From contig OZ024740.1 of the NCBI GenBank assembly GCA_964016885.1, positions 207,824,001 through 207,888,000 of the forward strand: DNA of 64,000 nucleotides, in the 5' to 3' direction. The notes below the pieces were generated by a model. The model had not been told where the DNA came from, made no database searches, and worked only from the letters and a program-made list of their open reading frames with translations. The DNA is from Eledone cirrhosa (taxonomy: Eukaryota). Shown here piece after piece: positions 1-14,084 of the stretch. The position numbers were made by a program, and so were the translations under genes. Every line of letters begins with the position of its first letter. The stretch's first letter is position 1.

Positions 1-662
1 GAAAACCACACAAAAAGACCACGGCCACCCTGACAACCAGGGAAAACGCCCTCTCTCAGTTTTCCCACTCCTCAGTCTACAGGCGCATACTCAGAGCGGG
101 CCCGTTCACTCGGACCAGACTCGCCACTTTCACCCACCTTTCAACACACTTACTAGAAGACACCACTTGCCTCCCCACCCTGATTTTCCTCTTCGAGTGA
201 AACTTGAAAAAGTTAATCAAGGATTGGCCGGAGAGGAAATTGTCCGTCTTCAAAGCTTTCAACCTTGTCCACCACACAATCTCTTTCGGCATGGCCACCA
301 GGCAGATGAAAAATGCCTGCCCTTCCTCCTCTTTAAAGGAGGATGGTGGGGCTATCTGCATATCGAGCAGATGTAGCTGTGCATCGCAACGATCCAGCTC
401 CTAAAAGCGGGCCCGAAGCCGGCCGCCTCGAGGACCGCAGCAAGGTACCGATGGTCGACCCTATCAAATGCTTTAGATTGATCCAAGTTGATCAGGGCTC
501 CACCCGTGCCAGGTTCCTTAAGCATACTCTCTATGATGTACCGCATGAGATGGAGGTTGTTGTGGATGGATCTGTCCGGAATGGCGCATGTCTGCGCCTC
601 TCCCACCAGATCACCGACGACAAGCGCCAATCTCTTTGCTAACACCTTGGCCAAAATCTTGA
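1..662 (-). pseudogene. Tx1/L1-clade LINE ORF2 fragment (RT plus C-terminus, internally deleted)
   Basis: ORF 352-654 has RT motifs (LDQSKAFDRVDH) and joins directly to a C-terminal piece (77-361). It is a diverged paralog of 8049-11536. Its 5' junction abuts (TAA)n. Confidence 0.85.
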
Positions 663-672
663 TAATAATAAT

Positions 673-1428
673 GGTTTCTTATATAGGCCAACAATTTTGG
701 GGGAGGGGAAAGTTGATTAAATCGACCCCAGTGCGTGACTGGTACTTTATTTTATCGATGGATGAAAGGCAAAGTTAACCTCGGCGGGATTTGAACTCAG
801 ATCATAAAGGGCCGTAACTCTATGCTGAATCTTGATAATAATAATAATTATAATAATTGTTTCTACTTTAAGCCAGCAATTACCCAGTGCATTACTGGTA
901 CTTTATTTTATCGACCCCGTAAGGATGAAAGGCAAAGTCAACCTCGGCGGGATTTGAACTCAGATCGTAAAGGGACGTAACTATGCTGGAAAGCATGGCA
1001 TCCGATACTGCCAATCCACTGGTTTCTAGTATAGGCACAAGGCCAGCAATTTGGCAGAGGGGGGGGGGGGGAAGTAGATTAAATCGACCCCAGTGCATTA
1101 CTAGTGCTTTATTTTATCGACCCTGTAAGGATGAAAGGCAAAGCTAACCTCGGCGGGATTTGAACTCAGAACGTAAAGAGTCATAACTTTATGTCACAAA
1201 TCATATTGTTCGTCGTTCTACCGATTCTGCCAAATCAAATAATAATAATTGTTTCTACTTTTGGCACAAGGCCAGCAATTACCAGTAGATTACTGGTACT
1301 TTATTTTATCGACCCCATAAGGATGAAAGGCAAAGTTAACCTCAGCGGGATTTTAACTCAGAATGGCAAGGGCCGTAACTCTATACGTCAAAGCATGGCG
1401 TCCGACCCTCTACCGATACTGCCAATTC
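673..1428 (-). mobile_element. Stack of four tRNA-derived SINE copies, head to tail
   Basis: Repeated B-box (gagttcaaatccc) and body (ctttgcctttcatccttacggggtcgataaaataaagtaccag) on the minus strand, mostly joined by (TAA)n. The first copy is flanked by an 18-bp direct repeat aatcttgataataataat (655-672 and 828-845). Confidence 0.9.
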
Positions 1429-1444
1429 ATAATAATAATATACT

Positions 1445-1810
1445 ATAGGATTAGACCTCCGAAACTTCTTGTCGCCGTAAGCAATGAACGCATTAAAAAA
1501 ATTGTCGAAAGGATTGTTTCATTTATAAAGTGTTCAAATACACCCTTTTCGCCTACTTATTCCTGAGAGGGTCGTTGAGGCAGAGTCCTTAGAGACTCCT
1601 TCCGGCGTGCCCTGTAAGGAGCAACCGTCTGCAACTAATCCGGCTGGATCCCCAAGCGTGACCATCCAAGCCCAAGGATATTATCCAACCATGTTGCTCT
1701 GGGTCTTCCCCTGGGTCACCTACCGATTAGTTTTGCCCGTAAAATTTGTCCAGTGATTCTTTCCTGAGACATTCTAACCACATGCCCATAGTATCGGAGC
1801 TGTGATCTCT
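1445..1810 (-). mobile_element. RTE-clade LINE 3' fragment (degenerate)
   Basis: The minus strand encodes a remnant resembling LRYYGHVVRM...RxVGRPRGRPxxxW, followed by a short-repeat tail. Confidence 0.6.
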
Positions 1811-2231
1811 CACATTCATCATGCGCTACATAACATACAGAGACATGGCACTCCTTAAGATGTAGTAGGTCTCAGATAAAAAACATCTAACCCGTATAAA
1901 TAGTACATTATTGGAATTAGCCTAGATTTAGGTTATGCACCAGCTGGAAACAGCAGGAAACGACGAGGCACTGGTTCTATTTCCAGTGAGGCTAAATAGT
2001 ATGTGGTGATAACCTCATGATAAATAGGTCAGGCCAGCAACGTTGGTGTTCCTTCAACCATTCACTTTAATGTTTTTTTACTTCTGACATACGAGACAGA
2101 AATTTCGAATTTGGCAAATATTTTAAAATATTTATTTTTACTTAATTTTACTTCATTTTATTAATTAAAATATGTTTCTTTCGTCTGACTTAGTCGATTA
2201 CGTCTGTGAGGGTCGTTTTATTTTGTAAAGT

Positions 2232-2549
2232 ATGTCTGTGTGTAAATGTGTGAAGTGTACATGTGTGTGTGTGTACGTGCATGTGTGTATGTATGTTTAT
2301 ATTTGTGTGTGTGTATTTGTGTGTGTGGTTGTGAGTATATGTGTGTGTATGTGTGCATCTATGTGGGTGTACCTATGTGTGTGTATTTATGTGTGTGTAT
2401 GCATGTGTGCATGTGTGTTTTATTTGGGAGGTATGTGTGTGTGTATGCATGTGTTTGTATGTGTGTGTGCATATGTATATGTGTGTGTATGCATGTGTGT
2501 GTGTATGTAGTGTGTATGAGTGTGTATGCATATGTGTGTGTGTGCATGT

Positions 2550-2616
<67 letters not shown>

Positions 2617-2690
2617 AATGTTCCAGTAACTGGCTATTTGGTAGTCGTCACATTCCAGCTGTCATCTGGTCTTAGAATAACAAATAATAC

Positions 2691-2722
<32 letters not shown>
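2232..2722. repeat. (TG)n/(TATG)n/(TA)n microsatellite block
   Basis: Directly visible. Confidence 0.95.
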
Positions 2723-2862
2723 GAAAAGTGTAATTTTCTACACAAAACGAAGGTTATAGAGAAAATTGAGGTTGGTAATGGCACATGGAATATATAAGAG
2801 ACAGAATACTTTTTTGTGAAAAAACATAATTTTATAAGGTAAGGAAATAATAAAGGGTATAA

Positions 2863-2910
2863 AAAATGACCGGTTTCGATGGGTCTGCAAAAGCCATCTT
2901 TTCAAATGTT
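2863..2910 (-). ncRNA. Minimal hammerhead ribozyme motif (U3-A8 variant), Penelope-like pLTR
   Basis: Minus strand reads aacat-TTGAAAA-gatgg-cttttgcagac-ccatc-GAAA-CCGGTC-atttt, with a 5-bp stem II and palindromic stem III ACCGGT. Confidence 0.65.
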
Positions 2911-3132
2911 GATTAATATTAAGAAAAATTAATAATACGAAGAGTTAAAATTTGAGACTTGAAAATTCAAGTATAAAATTCATTGTGGGATTTCATAGCA
3001 GTTTTCATCTAGGTAGCAACAACAGGTTGACTGCTGTGTCCCTTTCTGGTAGTGAATGAGAAGTTATTTGGGGTGTGGGTTATTTTATAAAGGTCAGATT
3101 TAGCAATAGCCAGCTGCTGGTCAGTGAGGGGG

Positions 3133-4260
<1,128 letters not shown>

Positions 4261-4406
4261 CGAAGTTGCTGAGTATTCGGCAGACACGTGTACTCTTAAA
4301 GTAGTTCTCAAGTGGGATATGCAGGACCCTGTGGTGCTGTTCATAGGTAAGGGAAGACAACTTTACACATATCGGACCGTGAAGTATGAAATTTGTAGAA
4401 ATTTGA

Positions 4407-4462
4407 CTGCATTAGTAGATCTGCATTAGTAGATCTGCATTAGTAGATCTGCATTAGTAGAT
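4407..4462. repeat. 4 x 14-bp tandem repeat ctgcattagtagat
   Basis: Directly visible. Confidence 0.9.
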
Positions 4463-4567
4463 CTGGAACAATTAGCTGATATTACATAAATAGCTTAAAC
4501 TTAGTTGAAGCACTTCTATTTCATCAAATAATCTCTGATGTAAGTTGTAGTTTATCTTACCTTACTA

Positions 4568-4878
4568 CAGAGTTTCTCCAACCCTTTGGGCCACCGCCTC
4601 CCTCACGGCCACGCAATACCCTCAGCACCCCCAACCCTATTTCCAAAGAGACCTGCCTACACGCAAATTGTAAATAACATACAATAAATAAAATCGTTAA
4701 TTTATATATAATAAATAATATAATATATACTATGTATAAATAAATATTTTTTATTTTACTCTATTTATATATAATATGTATTATTTGATATCTAATATAC
4801 TATTATATCATCTCTACCCGCTCCTTAGGTCCCAGCGCCCCCCCTGGGGGTTGGTAGCGCCCAATTTGAGAATCTCTG
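4568..4878. mobile_element. hAT/Charlie-like MITE
   Basis: TIRs cagagtttctc...gagaatctctg, AT-rich core and GC-rich subtermini. Confidence 0.65.
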
Positions 4879-5507
4879 CATAAGTAGATCTGGAACAATT
4901 AGCTGATATTACATGAATAGTTTAAACTTATTTGAAGCATCTCTATTTCATCATATAATCTCTGGTGTAAGTTGTAGTTTATCTTACCTTAGCAGAATCG
5001 TTTTAAAATTAACGAGAAGGAATGCTAGCATATATCGGCAGGACAACTTAAATTCATTTCTTTTATTTAGAATTGGAGTTTACTGAAAAATACATCTCTA
5101 TTCTATAGAGAGAAACCATATGAATCCATTCACACCTTAAACGTTGGTACGTTCAGAAATATTCTCTATGTAACGCAGAACTTACGGGCAGTATTACTTG
5201 TTAAAGATCGAGCTAGAGTATAAAATAATATCTGTTATCCTATATACTCAAAGTTATACTTTGGCAGGGTCATGCTGCCAATAAAAAAACACGTACCTGT
5301 TGGTTTTCACTTCAATTTATTATAAATTTCCGGTTGGTTGGTTCAATAACCGGATGGTTGTTTATCTAATATCAAAGCTTATTCGTCACACATTCCGTGA
5401 CCTCTACAGTGACTGATTTTTTTATTTTGTATTTCTCTTTTGTTCTATCCTATACCATCTTGTCTTTGTGATGCAAAAACAAGATGGTGTATATATATAT
5501 ATATATT

Positions 5508-7985
5508 AAGGCCACCTTCGGTCAAGTCTGACCATGGGTAGTATCCTGTTGTCAGCTCATCTGGAGCAGTGTCTCTGGTGGCTAAACAGACCTATACGTG
5601 AGTGACAGTCCCTGTCACATTGAACACATATGTATATGGTCTCTGGTCTGTTGGATTTATTGCGCTTCTTTCGTCGGGCTCTCCCGTCCACTGCTGCAGT
5701 CATCAAACTCTCCTTCCTTGTTTTGAGGCGTTGATTCAGGGTGTTTCTCAATCTTCGCCAGGCGAGGCTCTCCCAGGACTCTGTGTTGATCTCAATGGCC
5801 TTCATATCTCTCTTCACAATGTCCTTGTATCGCAGCCGTGGTCGACCGGTGACTCTATTTCCAGAGATCAGCTCACCATATAAGATGACTTTGGCGATGC
5901 GGCCATTATTCATGCGGTGGAGGTGTCATAGCCAGCGTAGTCTGTCGGAGCAGGGCAAACATGCTGGGAAGGTCAGCATGAATAAGGACCTCGGCGTTGG
6001 GCACTCTGTGCAGGCTTCTCAGATGGAAGGTGTTGAGTCACCTCTTCTGTCTAGCATATGGGAACAATGTCTCACTGCCATACAGCAGTGTGCCGATGAC
6101 GCAGGCATTGTACACAGCCATCTTTGTCTTTACCACCAGCTAGGGGTTTGCCCACACTCGGGTTTTGAGTGAGCAAATGTTATGGCTGCCTTCCCACTCC
6201 TCCTGTCGAGCTCTGTGTCCCGGTTGTCTGTGATGGTGGAACCGAGGTATGTGAACTTATGGATGATGTTGAGCTCAGTCATCGATCTTTGATGACCGGT
6301 GGTGCCTCTGTGTCCTGTCCCAAGACGTTTGCCTTCCCAAGGCTGATGGTCAGTCCAAAATCCATGCAGGCCTGGGAGAAGCGGTCCATCAGCATCTCGA
6401 GTTCCTGCTGGGAGTTCGTCGCAACTGCTGCTTCATCGGCAAACAACATGTCGCTAATGAGAAATGTTACGTACCTTTGTCCTTGCTCGGATGCGGGCGA
6501 GGTTGAACAGCTTGCCGTCTGATCTGGTATGTAGGAAGATCCCCTCTGTTGCAGTGCCGAAAGCATGCTTCAAGAGTAGGGCTAAGAATATCCCAAAGAG
6601 TGTGGGCGCCAGGACACAGCCTTGTTTTACTCCGCAGCGAATGCTGAATGGTTCAGAGGTGCTCCTTCATGCTGATGTGGAAAGATTCGACCATGCTCTG
6701 CAGACCCGGTGGGAAGCCAATCTTTGGGAAGATATTGAAGAAGCCGTCTCTACTAACCAGGTCAAACGCCTTGGTGATGTCGATAAAAGCAACATACGGG
6801 GGCATGTTCTATTTTCTGCACTTCTCCTGGAGTTGGTGGAGGGAGAAGACCATGTCTATTGTTGATCGCTTGGCTCGGAAGTTGCACTATGATTCTGGAC
6901 CTTATTCGGGTCAGACGTACCGCCATCAAGAACGTTCTCCACACACACCCCTACCACAGTGGAGACTGTAACACAAACCACTGCTTTGTGTGTTGCAAGA
7001 TCAGGCTGCAACCGAGGAGTTTCCATCGAGTCAAGAAACAAGGAAATCCTTGCCTTGATGTCAGCAAGATGTACCAACCAGAACTTATAAGACAATTCAT
7101 GGAGGTTCTAAAGGAAGAACTTCATACCTCTCAACCTGGAGACTCTGCCACAGAGAAGTGGGAAATACGGCGAAACATCATGCACAGTATGGCCTTGGCT
7201 ATCTCTGGAAAGAAGGGTTTCGTAGTTGAATGACTAGTTTGAGGCCAAGTCCATCAGAATGATCCCTGTCATTGGAGCCAAGTGTGCTGCCCTAGCTGAG
7301 TACAAACGATCACTCAACGAGAACCTGCATACTCTCAGGGCTGCCAGAAGCAAGGTTCAACAGACTGCAAGGCACTGTGCTAATGAGTACTGGACACAGT
7401 TCAGTGAGGACATTCAGACAGCTGTCGTAAGAGGGAACACCAGAGGCATGTAGGATGGCATCAAGAAGTCACTGGAACCGGTTCAGAGCAAAACAACTCC
7501 CCTGAAATTCAACACTGAGGAAGTAGTCACTGACAGGGGCCAGAAAATGGATGGATGGGTGGAGCACTACTCTGACCTCTACTCCAGACAGAACACCGTG
7601 TCGTACTCGGCTCTCGGTGCTGTTGAGTGCCTGCCTGTCATGGAAAGCTTGATGCTGAGCCGACTTTGGAAGAGCTCAACAAGGCCGTTCACAGCTTGGC
7701 CTCAGGCAAGACCCCAGGCGACGATGGGGTTCCTAAAGACCTGATCAAGCAACATAAGACTATCCTACTGCAGCCAATGCATGAGGTCCTCTACCATGGC
7801 TGGCAAGAAGGTGTTGTGCCACAGGACATGAGGGATGCTGAGATCATCACCCTCTACAAGAACAAATGCGAAAAAAAAACGACTGCAACAACTACGGGGA
7901 CATCTCCCTTCTCAGTGCCGTCGGCAAGGTATTCGCACGGGTCATCTTGATCCGCCTGCAGAAGCTGGCAGAGCAAGTGTACCCA

Positions 7986-7989
<4 letters not shown>
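5508..7989 (-). mobile_element. RTE/BovB-like LINE, 5'-inverted (3' part on minus strand 5508-6898; upstream part on plus strand 6895-7989)
   Basis: The minus strand gives RT and C-terminus (LFADEAA; CVQCDRDCHSRIGLFSHQRHC). The plus strand gives the EN end and linker through NYGDISLLS...VYPE. Frameshifted, and flanked by (TA)n on both sides. Confidence 0.9.
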
Positions 7990-8048
<59 letters not shown>

Positions 8049-11000
8049 GCTTTCTTTATTAACCAGAAGGGTTTACAAAAAGTAAGACATTAAGGACAGT
8101 ACAGGACAATACAGGACAATACAGGACGGTACAAATGGGCATTTCTGCGTGCAAAAAAACCAAAAACAGAGGATGTAACAAAAAAAGAAACAATGAAAAA
8201 TTTCCCAATAGGGGGGAGATTTCCGAGGGCCATCATGGAGAAAGCCCATTAAAAAAGCCACGGTGACCCTGACCACAAGGGCAAGTGCCCTCTCCCAGTT
8301 TTCCACCTTCAATTTACAGGCACATACTCAGAGTAGGCCCATTCACACGGGCCATTATTGCCTCTCTCACCCATCTTTCAACAAAATGTTGGGAAGAGAG
8401 CACCTCCCTCTCTACCCTGATTTTCCTTTTTAAATGAAATTTGAAAAAGTTAATCAGGGCATCACTGAAGAGGTAAGTGCTTGTCTTCAGCCCTTTCAAA
8501 CGCGTCCACCATATCTCTTTCGCCATGGCCACCAGACAGATAAGTCGGATCTGATAGCCGGATCTGATAGCTGGATCCGTCCTACACGCGACAGCAGGTG
8601 TTCATCATAAACCCACAGGTCAGCAATACTCGGACACTGGACGAGTGCGTGCAGGACTTTTTCGTCGCTCTGCGCGCATCTTGGACATGCCCGGCTGACG
8701 GCACCTCCATGCCTGTAGAGTTTATTCCGAACTGGCAAAGCTCCTCGGTAGCACTGCCAGGCCAGGGATTTCTGGAAGTTGTCCATAGGCCCCGGCCCGA
8801 AAGTTCTTCCGAAGAGATTGGCTAGTTGATTTTCATCGACGCCTAGAGTTTCCCCAAGTACGTCGTCGCTCTTCCCCTCCACTAATCCTCTATAGAAGGC
8901 CAAGGTGGAGTTTCCACCGATCACATTGCCCGATTGGTCGAGGGCTGTGAGCGCCTGAAGACATTCCAGTCTCCAAGCGCTCCCTCTCGGTCTTCACTTG
9001 ACCCAGGACTGCAGCACCGTCAAGGAGACGAGCTGGGGAAAGACGCGTCTAGCAAACGGCGACCACACCTGATCACCGTCGAGGATGAGGTGGAGATGTC
9101 GTAGTCTGAGCGCGTGTCTGCGCATCATCAACCATGGCATGCCCATCCCTCAACAGAGCGGGTGTTGACAGCAGATGGACCGCCTGACCATCGGAGCGCG
9201 TCCCTTCCACAAAAAGCGAAAGAGCAAACGCGATGTACGCGTTAGCCACCTCCGCTCGACCTTTCAGGGATAGCTTCCTCTCCGCCCATTTCTGGGTGAG
9301 AGAAGCCATCCTGCTCGTCACCTCGTCCCAGTTTTTGTCCGTCTTGAGGTCCGGACCGAACCAGACCCCTAGCAATTTAACCGGTCCGTCCGTCCAGCGC
9401 CCGACGTCGCCTTTGGACGGCATGGACCTGCCTCTCCAGGTGCCGAGCTGCAGGCCCACCGACCTTTCCCGGTTGATTATTGCTCCTGTCACCGCTTCGT
9501 ATTCTCTTAGTGTAGTGCCGATCGCCTCGATGTGTTTGGCGTTCGACACCACTACGGTGACATCGTCCGCATATGCTGACACGGATCTTCCGCATCCTAG
9601 TTCGCGCGGGACCCCCCTCAACGTCTCCAGTTTGCACACTAATGGCTCGATAGTCAATACGTACAAGAGGGACGAGAGGGGACATCCTTGGCGGACCGAG
9701 GGCCTGATGTTGAACGGTTCCGAAAGGTGACCGTTCACTCTCACCACAGAGGAGATGTCGCTGTGCATGGCAGGGATCCAGCCTCTGAAGACGGGCCCAA
9801 AGCCAGCCGCCCTCAGGACTGCCGCCAGATAACGATGGTCGACCATATCGAAAGCTTTCGACTGATCTAAATTGATCAAGGACCCACCCGTGCCAGGTTC
9901 CCTAGCTACCCTCTCCACGATGTATCGCATGAGGTGGAGGTTGTCGTGGACGGATCTGTCGGGAATGGCGCATGTCTGCACCTCTCCCACCAGACCACCA
10001 ACGACAAGCGTCAACCTCTTTGCTAGCACCTTGGCCAAAATCTTGAACTCTGTGTTTAGCAGGGTTATGGGCCTGAAATTATCTATGTTATCCCCCTTGT
10101 TCGGATCCTTTCTCAGCAGCGCCACCGCTCCTCGGCTCACAAAGCTGGGAATTCTCCCGTTCTGTTGCCAGTTGCAGTAGACGTCCGCCAAGAGGCCTCC
10201 GAACAAGTCTGGCATCTGTACGTAAAGTTCATAGGGCAGACCATCCAAACCAGGCGATTTACCCCTTGTGCAGCCAGTCATTGCTTCCGTACTTCAGCTG
10301 CTGTTATTGGCTTTTCGCAACACTCCGCCTCAGTGGCCGAGAGCCGCGGCAGTCCGTCGAGGAAGACACTAAAGTCCATCCCTCGATCCGGCCCGCCACT
10401 GCCCCCGAACAGCTGAGCGAAGTGTCGCTGAAAAGCTTCACACATTTGCCCGGGATCGAGTAGCATGCGCCCGTCGTGGTCCACCAAAGACCGCATCGTG
10501 GCTTTGTTGCCACGACGTGCCTCCACCACTCGGGCCCATTGAACGGCTTTCGTCTCCTCGTGTCTGAGAGCACGCACCCTAGCTCTGACAACATAGCCTT
10601 CGTGCTTTTGCATTGAAGAATTGGTCAAGGGCCAATTTCGCCGCAAGTACGTCGGTCGCGATGCCTTTGCTAAGCGCCTCGTCTTCAGAGCAAACCACCA
10701 TTTGTTGTTGATGATGGCCCCGTCAACGCCCGCTTAACTAGTTCGCTAATCCGGTCTCTGTAGGCCTTGCGCGCTGTTAATGACGCGTTTAGCTTCCAGT
10801 AGCCCGGTTCCTGTCTATGAAGCCTATCCAAGTCAACCACACAGATCACGAATTTGTGGTCCGTGTAGCTGACTATCTTGAATTGTGGACAGCCTATGCT
10901 AGACCTATCTATTTCCATACAAAATATTCTATCTAGATATGATCTGGATGACCCGATACGGTTTGTCCAAGTCCACATTGGCACATTCGGGAAATCCAAT

Positions 11001-11536
11001 CGCTACCTGTCCGAGAGTTGAAAACGATTGAGTAAGTTTGTGAGGCTTTTACACCCTTCTCCCCTATCCGCTAATCCCACACAATCCCAGCGTGCATCTA
11101 AGATCCCGTTCCAGCCGCCCACTAACACTAGAGAGCGGGACGTTCCAAGAAAGGTCTCCACACGCCGGAAGAATTCAGGCCATCCTGCTCCTGTTGGGGC
11201 ATAGGCGGCCACTAGCCTGAAAGCTTGTCCATCTCCGCTGGTCACGCCCAGTACCACCAACTTACTCTCTGGGTCCAAGAATCTCGAGATCCAGACTTCT
11301 CCGGAACAACACGGCCACTCCCCCCCCCCCCCGATCCGGGACGGCTTAGAGTTGTGTACACCTTGTAGCCGCCGAAAATGGGTGCGAATGCCCATGCCTC
11401 GGAGATTCTGGTCTTGCTGATGGCCACCACATCTATGTTTAGCGACCTGAGATCGTTCAGCAGGTGGCCCTGCTTCCCAGACGACCCCAGGCCACGTACA
11501 TGTATGCTACCTATTCTGAGAGAAGCCATGTTGGCT
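8049..11536 (-). mobile_element. Tx1/L1-clade LINE, near-complete ORF2 (APE endonuclease plus RT), frameshifted
   Basis: APE start MASLRIGSIHVRGL, SYLDRI, TDHK; RT motifs NFRPITLLN, QGCPLS, AYADD; C-terminal CPRC...H...C. AATAAA precedes the (TTA)n tail. Confidence 0.92.
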
Positions 11537-11636
11537 ATAATAATAATAATAATAATAAAAATAATAATTATAATAATAATACAAGGACGATTTGTTAAGC
11601 CTTCATTGCGGTTATTGATTGGTTACGCGCGTTTTG

Positions 11637-11702
<66 letters not shown>

Positions 11703-12144
11703 GTAGGTATCCGCGATCAGATGATAACTGTGAAACGTAGGTTAGAAACCGACCCAGTAATATAATTAAAAAAGAATATACAATACACTCTGCTTTCATA
11801 TTGAGTAATTTTCTTCTTGTTTGTAAAGTAGACAATTTATAGATTCTTCATAGAAAAACAGTATATTTATTCAAAGCTGTATCTTGATGAGTCGCTACTC
11901 GGAGTCTCTCGGTACTGATCCTGAGGCATATTAGTCCTAATTAATATAATTAGCCAGTGAGGTTACAGCCTTTTCTATTAATGGTTTTATCATATCTTCT
12001 TTGTGAACCGTTTTCAACAATGACTTTCCTAAGTCAATCAACATTTCGAGATATTTTTGGTCTCATCTTCTGGTCGAAGTACTTTGTGGAGACGTTTTTA
12101 TGTGGTGATTACTATGGGAGTAATATTTTTTATCTGAAAAAAAT

Positions 12145-12340
12145 CAAACCTGCCAACCTCTAACAATCAAAACAGAGAGTACCATGAAAAAAAGTGTCCC
12201 CAAATGGTAAGAAATGACGCAAAATGGGGAGATTTTATATAATTAAAGCTATATCCATTTTCACAAAAACGGTAAGACGGGGAGACATGAACCAAAACGG
12301 GGGAGATCTCCCCATCCGACGAGGAGAGTTGACAGGTCTG
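12145..12340. mobile_element. MITE, copy 1 (TIR CAGACCTGCCAAC-like)
   Basis: TIRs caaacctgccaac/gttgacaggtctg; homologous to 25369-25563. Confidence 0.7.
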
Positions 12341-12827
12341 AAAGATGTAACTGCTAACACCAAATTTCTGACTTTCCTACATGTTTAACATGGTGCAGGC
12401 GCAACATAGCAACAAATGTCATGGTATATAAAATATCTAACAAAAACACTTCATACTATACACTTGTACAATAACCTCACATACACAACAACACACGAAC
12501 ACAGACAAATACGCACAAATACTTACTCACACATATATAGATGTGTATGTGTGCGTATGTGTATGGAATGTCTACTATTAATTGTCGTATGAAACCACAT
12601 AGATTGCTTTTTCTAACTGTTGTTGTTGTCAATGGTATAATTTCCTCTCCGCCTAATCCGGTGCATCCATAATCCGGTGTATATGACAAACAGTTGTTTA
12701 TGGTATTAAAGTTACTTTGACTCTCATAACATCCGACTACTTTCAATTGCTTCCTGACTCGCATTTCTGCTGACTCTCCACATCGTTTAACACACTTGCG
12801 CACACGTACACGTAATCCCACGCATAC

Positions 12828-12875
<48 letters not shown>

Positions 12876-12910
12876 CCATACATACATAAATACATACATA
12901 ATAAATACAT

Positions 12911-12941
<31 letters not shown>

Positions 12942-13022
12942 CATGCATATATCTGGCTAACTTGGTCATTTACAATACAAACATAAATATGAGGATATTT
13001 GTGTTTATCATATATATATATA

Positions 13023-13103
<81 letters not shown>

Positions 13104-13122
13104 ATATATATATATATGTGTG

Positions 13123-13168
<46 letters not shown>

Positions 13169-13196
13169 TATATATATACACACACACATACATATA

Positions 13197-13283
<87 letters not shown>

Positions 13284-13333
13284 CAAGTAAGAATATTTTC
13301 CAAACAGCGAGTTGGTTTGAAATGATTAGAAAT

Positions 13334-13516
13334 GTAAGCTATCGCCGTATTTTGACTAAAGAAATTAAAGAAATTATTTAGCCTGATAGTGGGGTGTGTG
13401 GAGGGGGGGGGGGGTTAAGAACCCTCGGAGAAATGGAAAAAGATGAGTATTGACGTACATCCCATGTACGTCAATACTCATTTAATTTCTTTAGTCAAAA
13501 ATACGGCGATAGCTTA

Positions 13517-13517
<1 letters not shown>
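13334..13517. repeat. 36-37-bp inverted repeat enclosing a perfect 18-bp hairpin (13443-13481)
   Basis: gtaagctatcgccgtattttgactaaagaaattaaa and its reverse complement; atgagtattgacgtacat-ccc-atgtacgtcaatactcat. Confidence 0.85.
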
Positions 13518-13557
<40 letters not shown>

Positions 13558-13946
13558 GTATGCACATATATATATTTATATGTGTGTGTGTCTCTGTGTG
13601 TGTGTATATATATATATATATAGATAGATAGATATAGATATATATAAATTGTGGGTGTGTAGTACTGGTTTTTGACACGCATGTCTTGTAATCTTTGAAT
13701 GTCTCTTTCCTGTTCTAAAAATTAAAAAAAATCTTAATCAGCCAGACGTGAACAACACCCACCCCACCCACTATCCTTAATATTGAGCACCACACGAACT
13801 GGATTCTAGCAAGTTGTATTGGTCTCTCAATAAAAATGTAATAATACTGTCAATCAACGTGAAGGCTAGGTTATAATTAGAAGACCATCGGGGTCAACTT
13901 TATTTCCCCGCCACTCGTGTCGAATAGAGAGAGAGAGAGCGAGAGG

Positions 13947-14038
<92 letters not shown>

Positions 14039-14084
14039 TGATAAAGAGTGCCAGAGGAAGAACCAACTCTAGTACAGTGCTGGT

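Noticed and set aside
11715-11755. Hammerhead-like cagatga-taac...gtta-gaaac
   Set aside because: The core is mismatched and there is no NUH/stem III; it is better explained as an R4-type 3'UTR motif.
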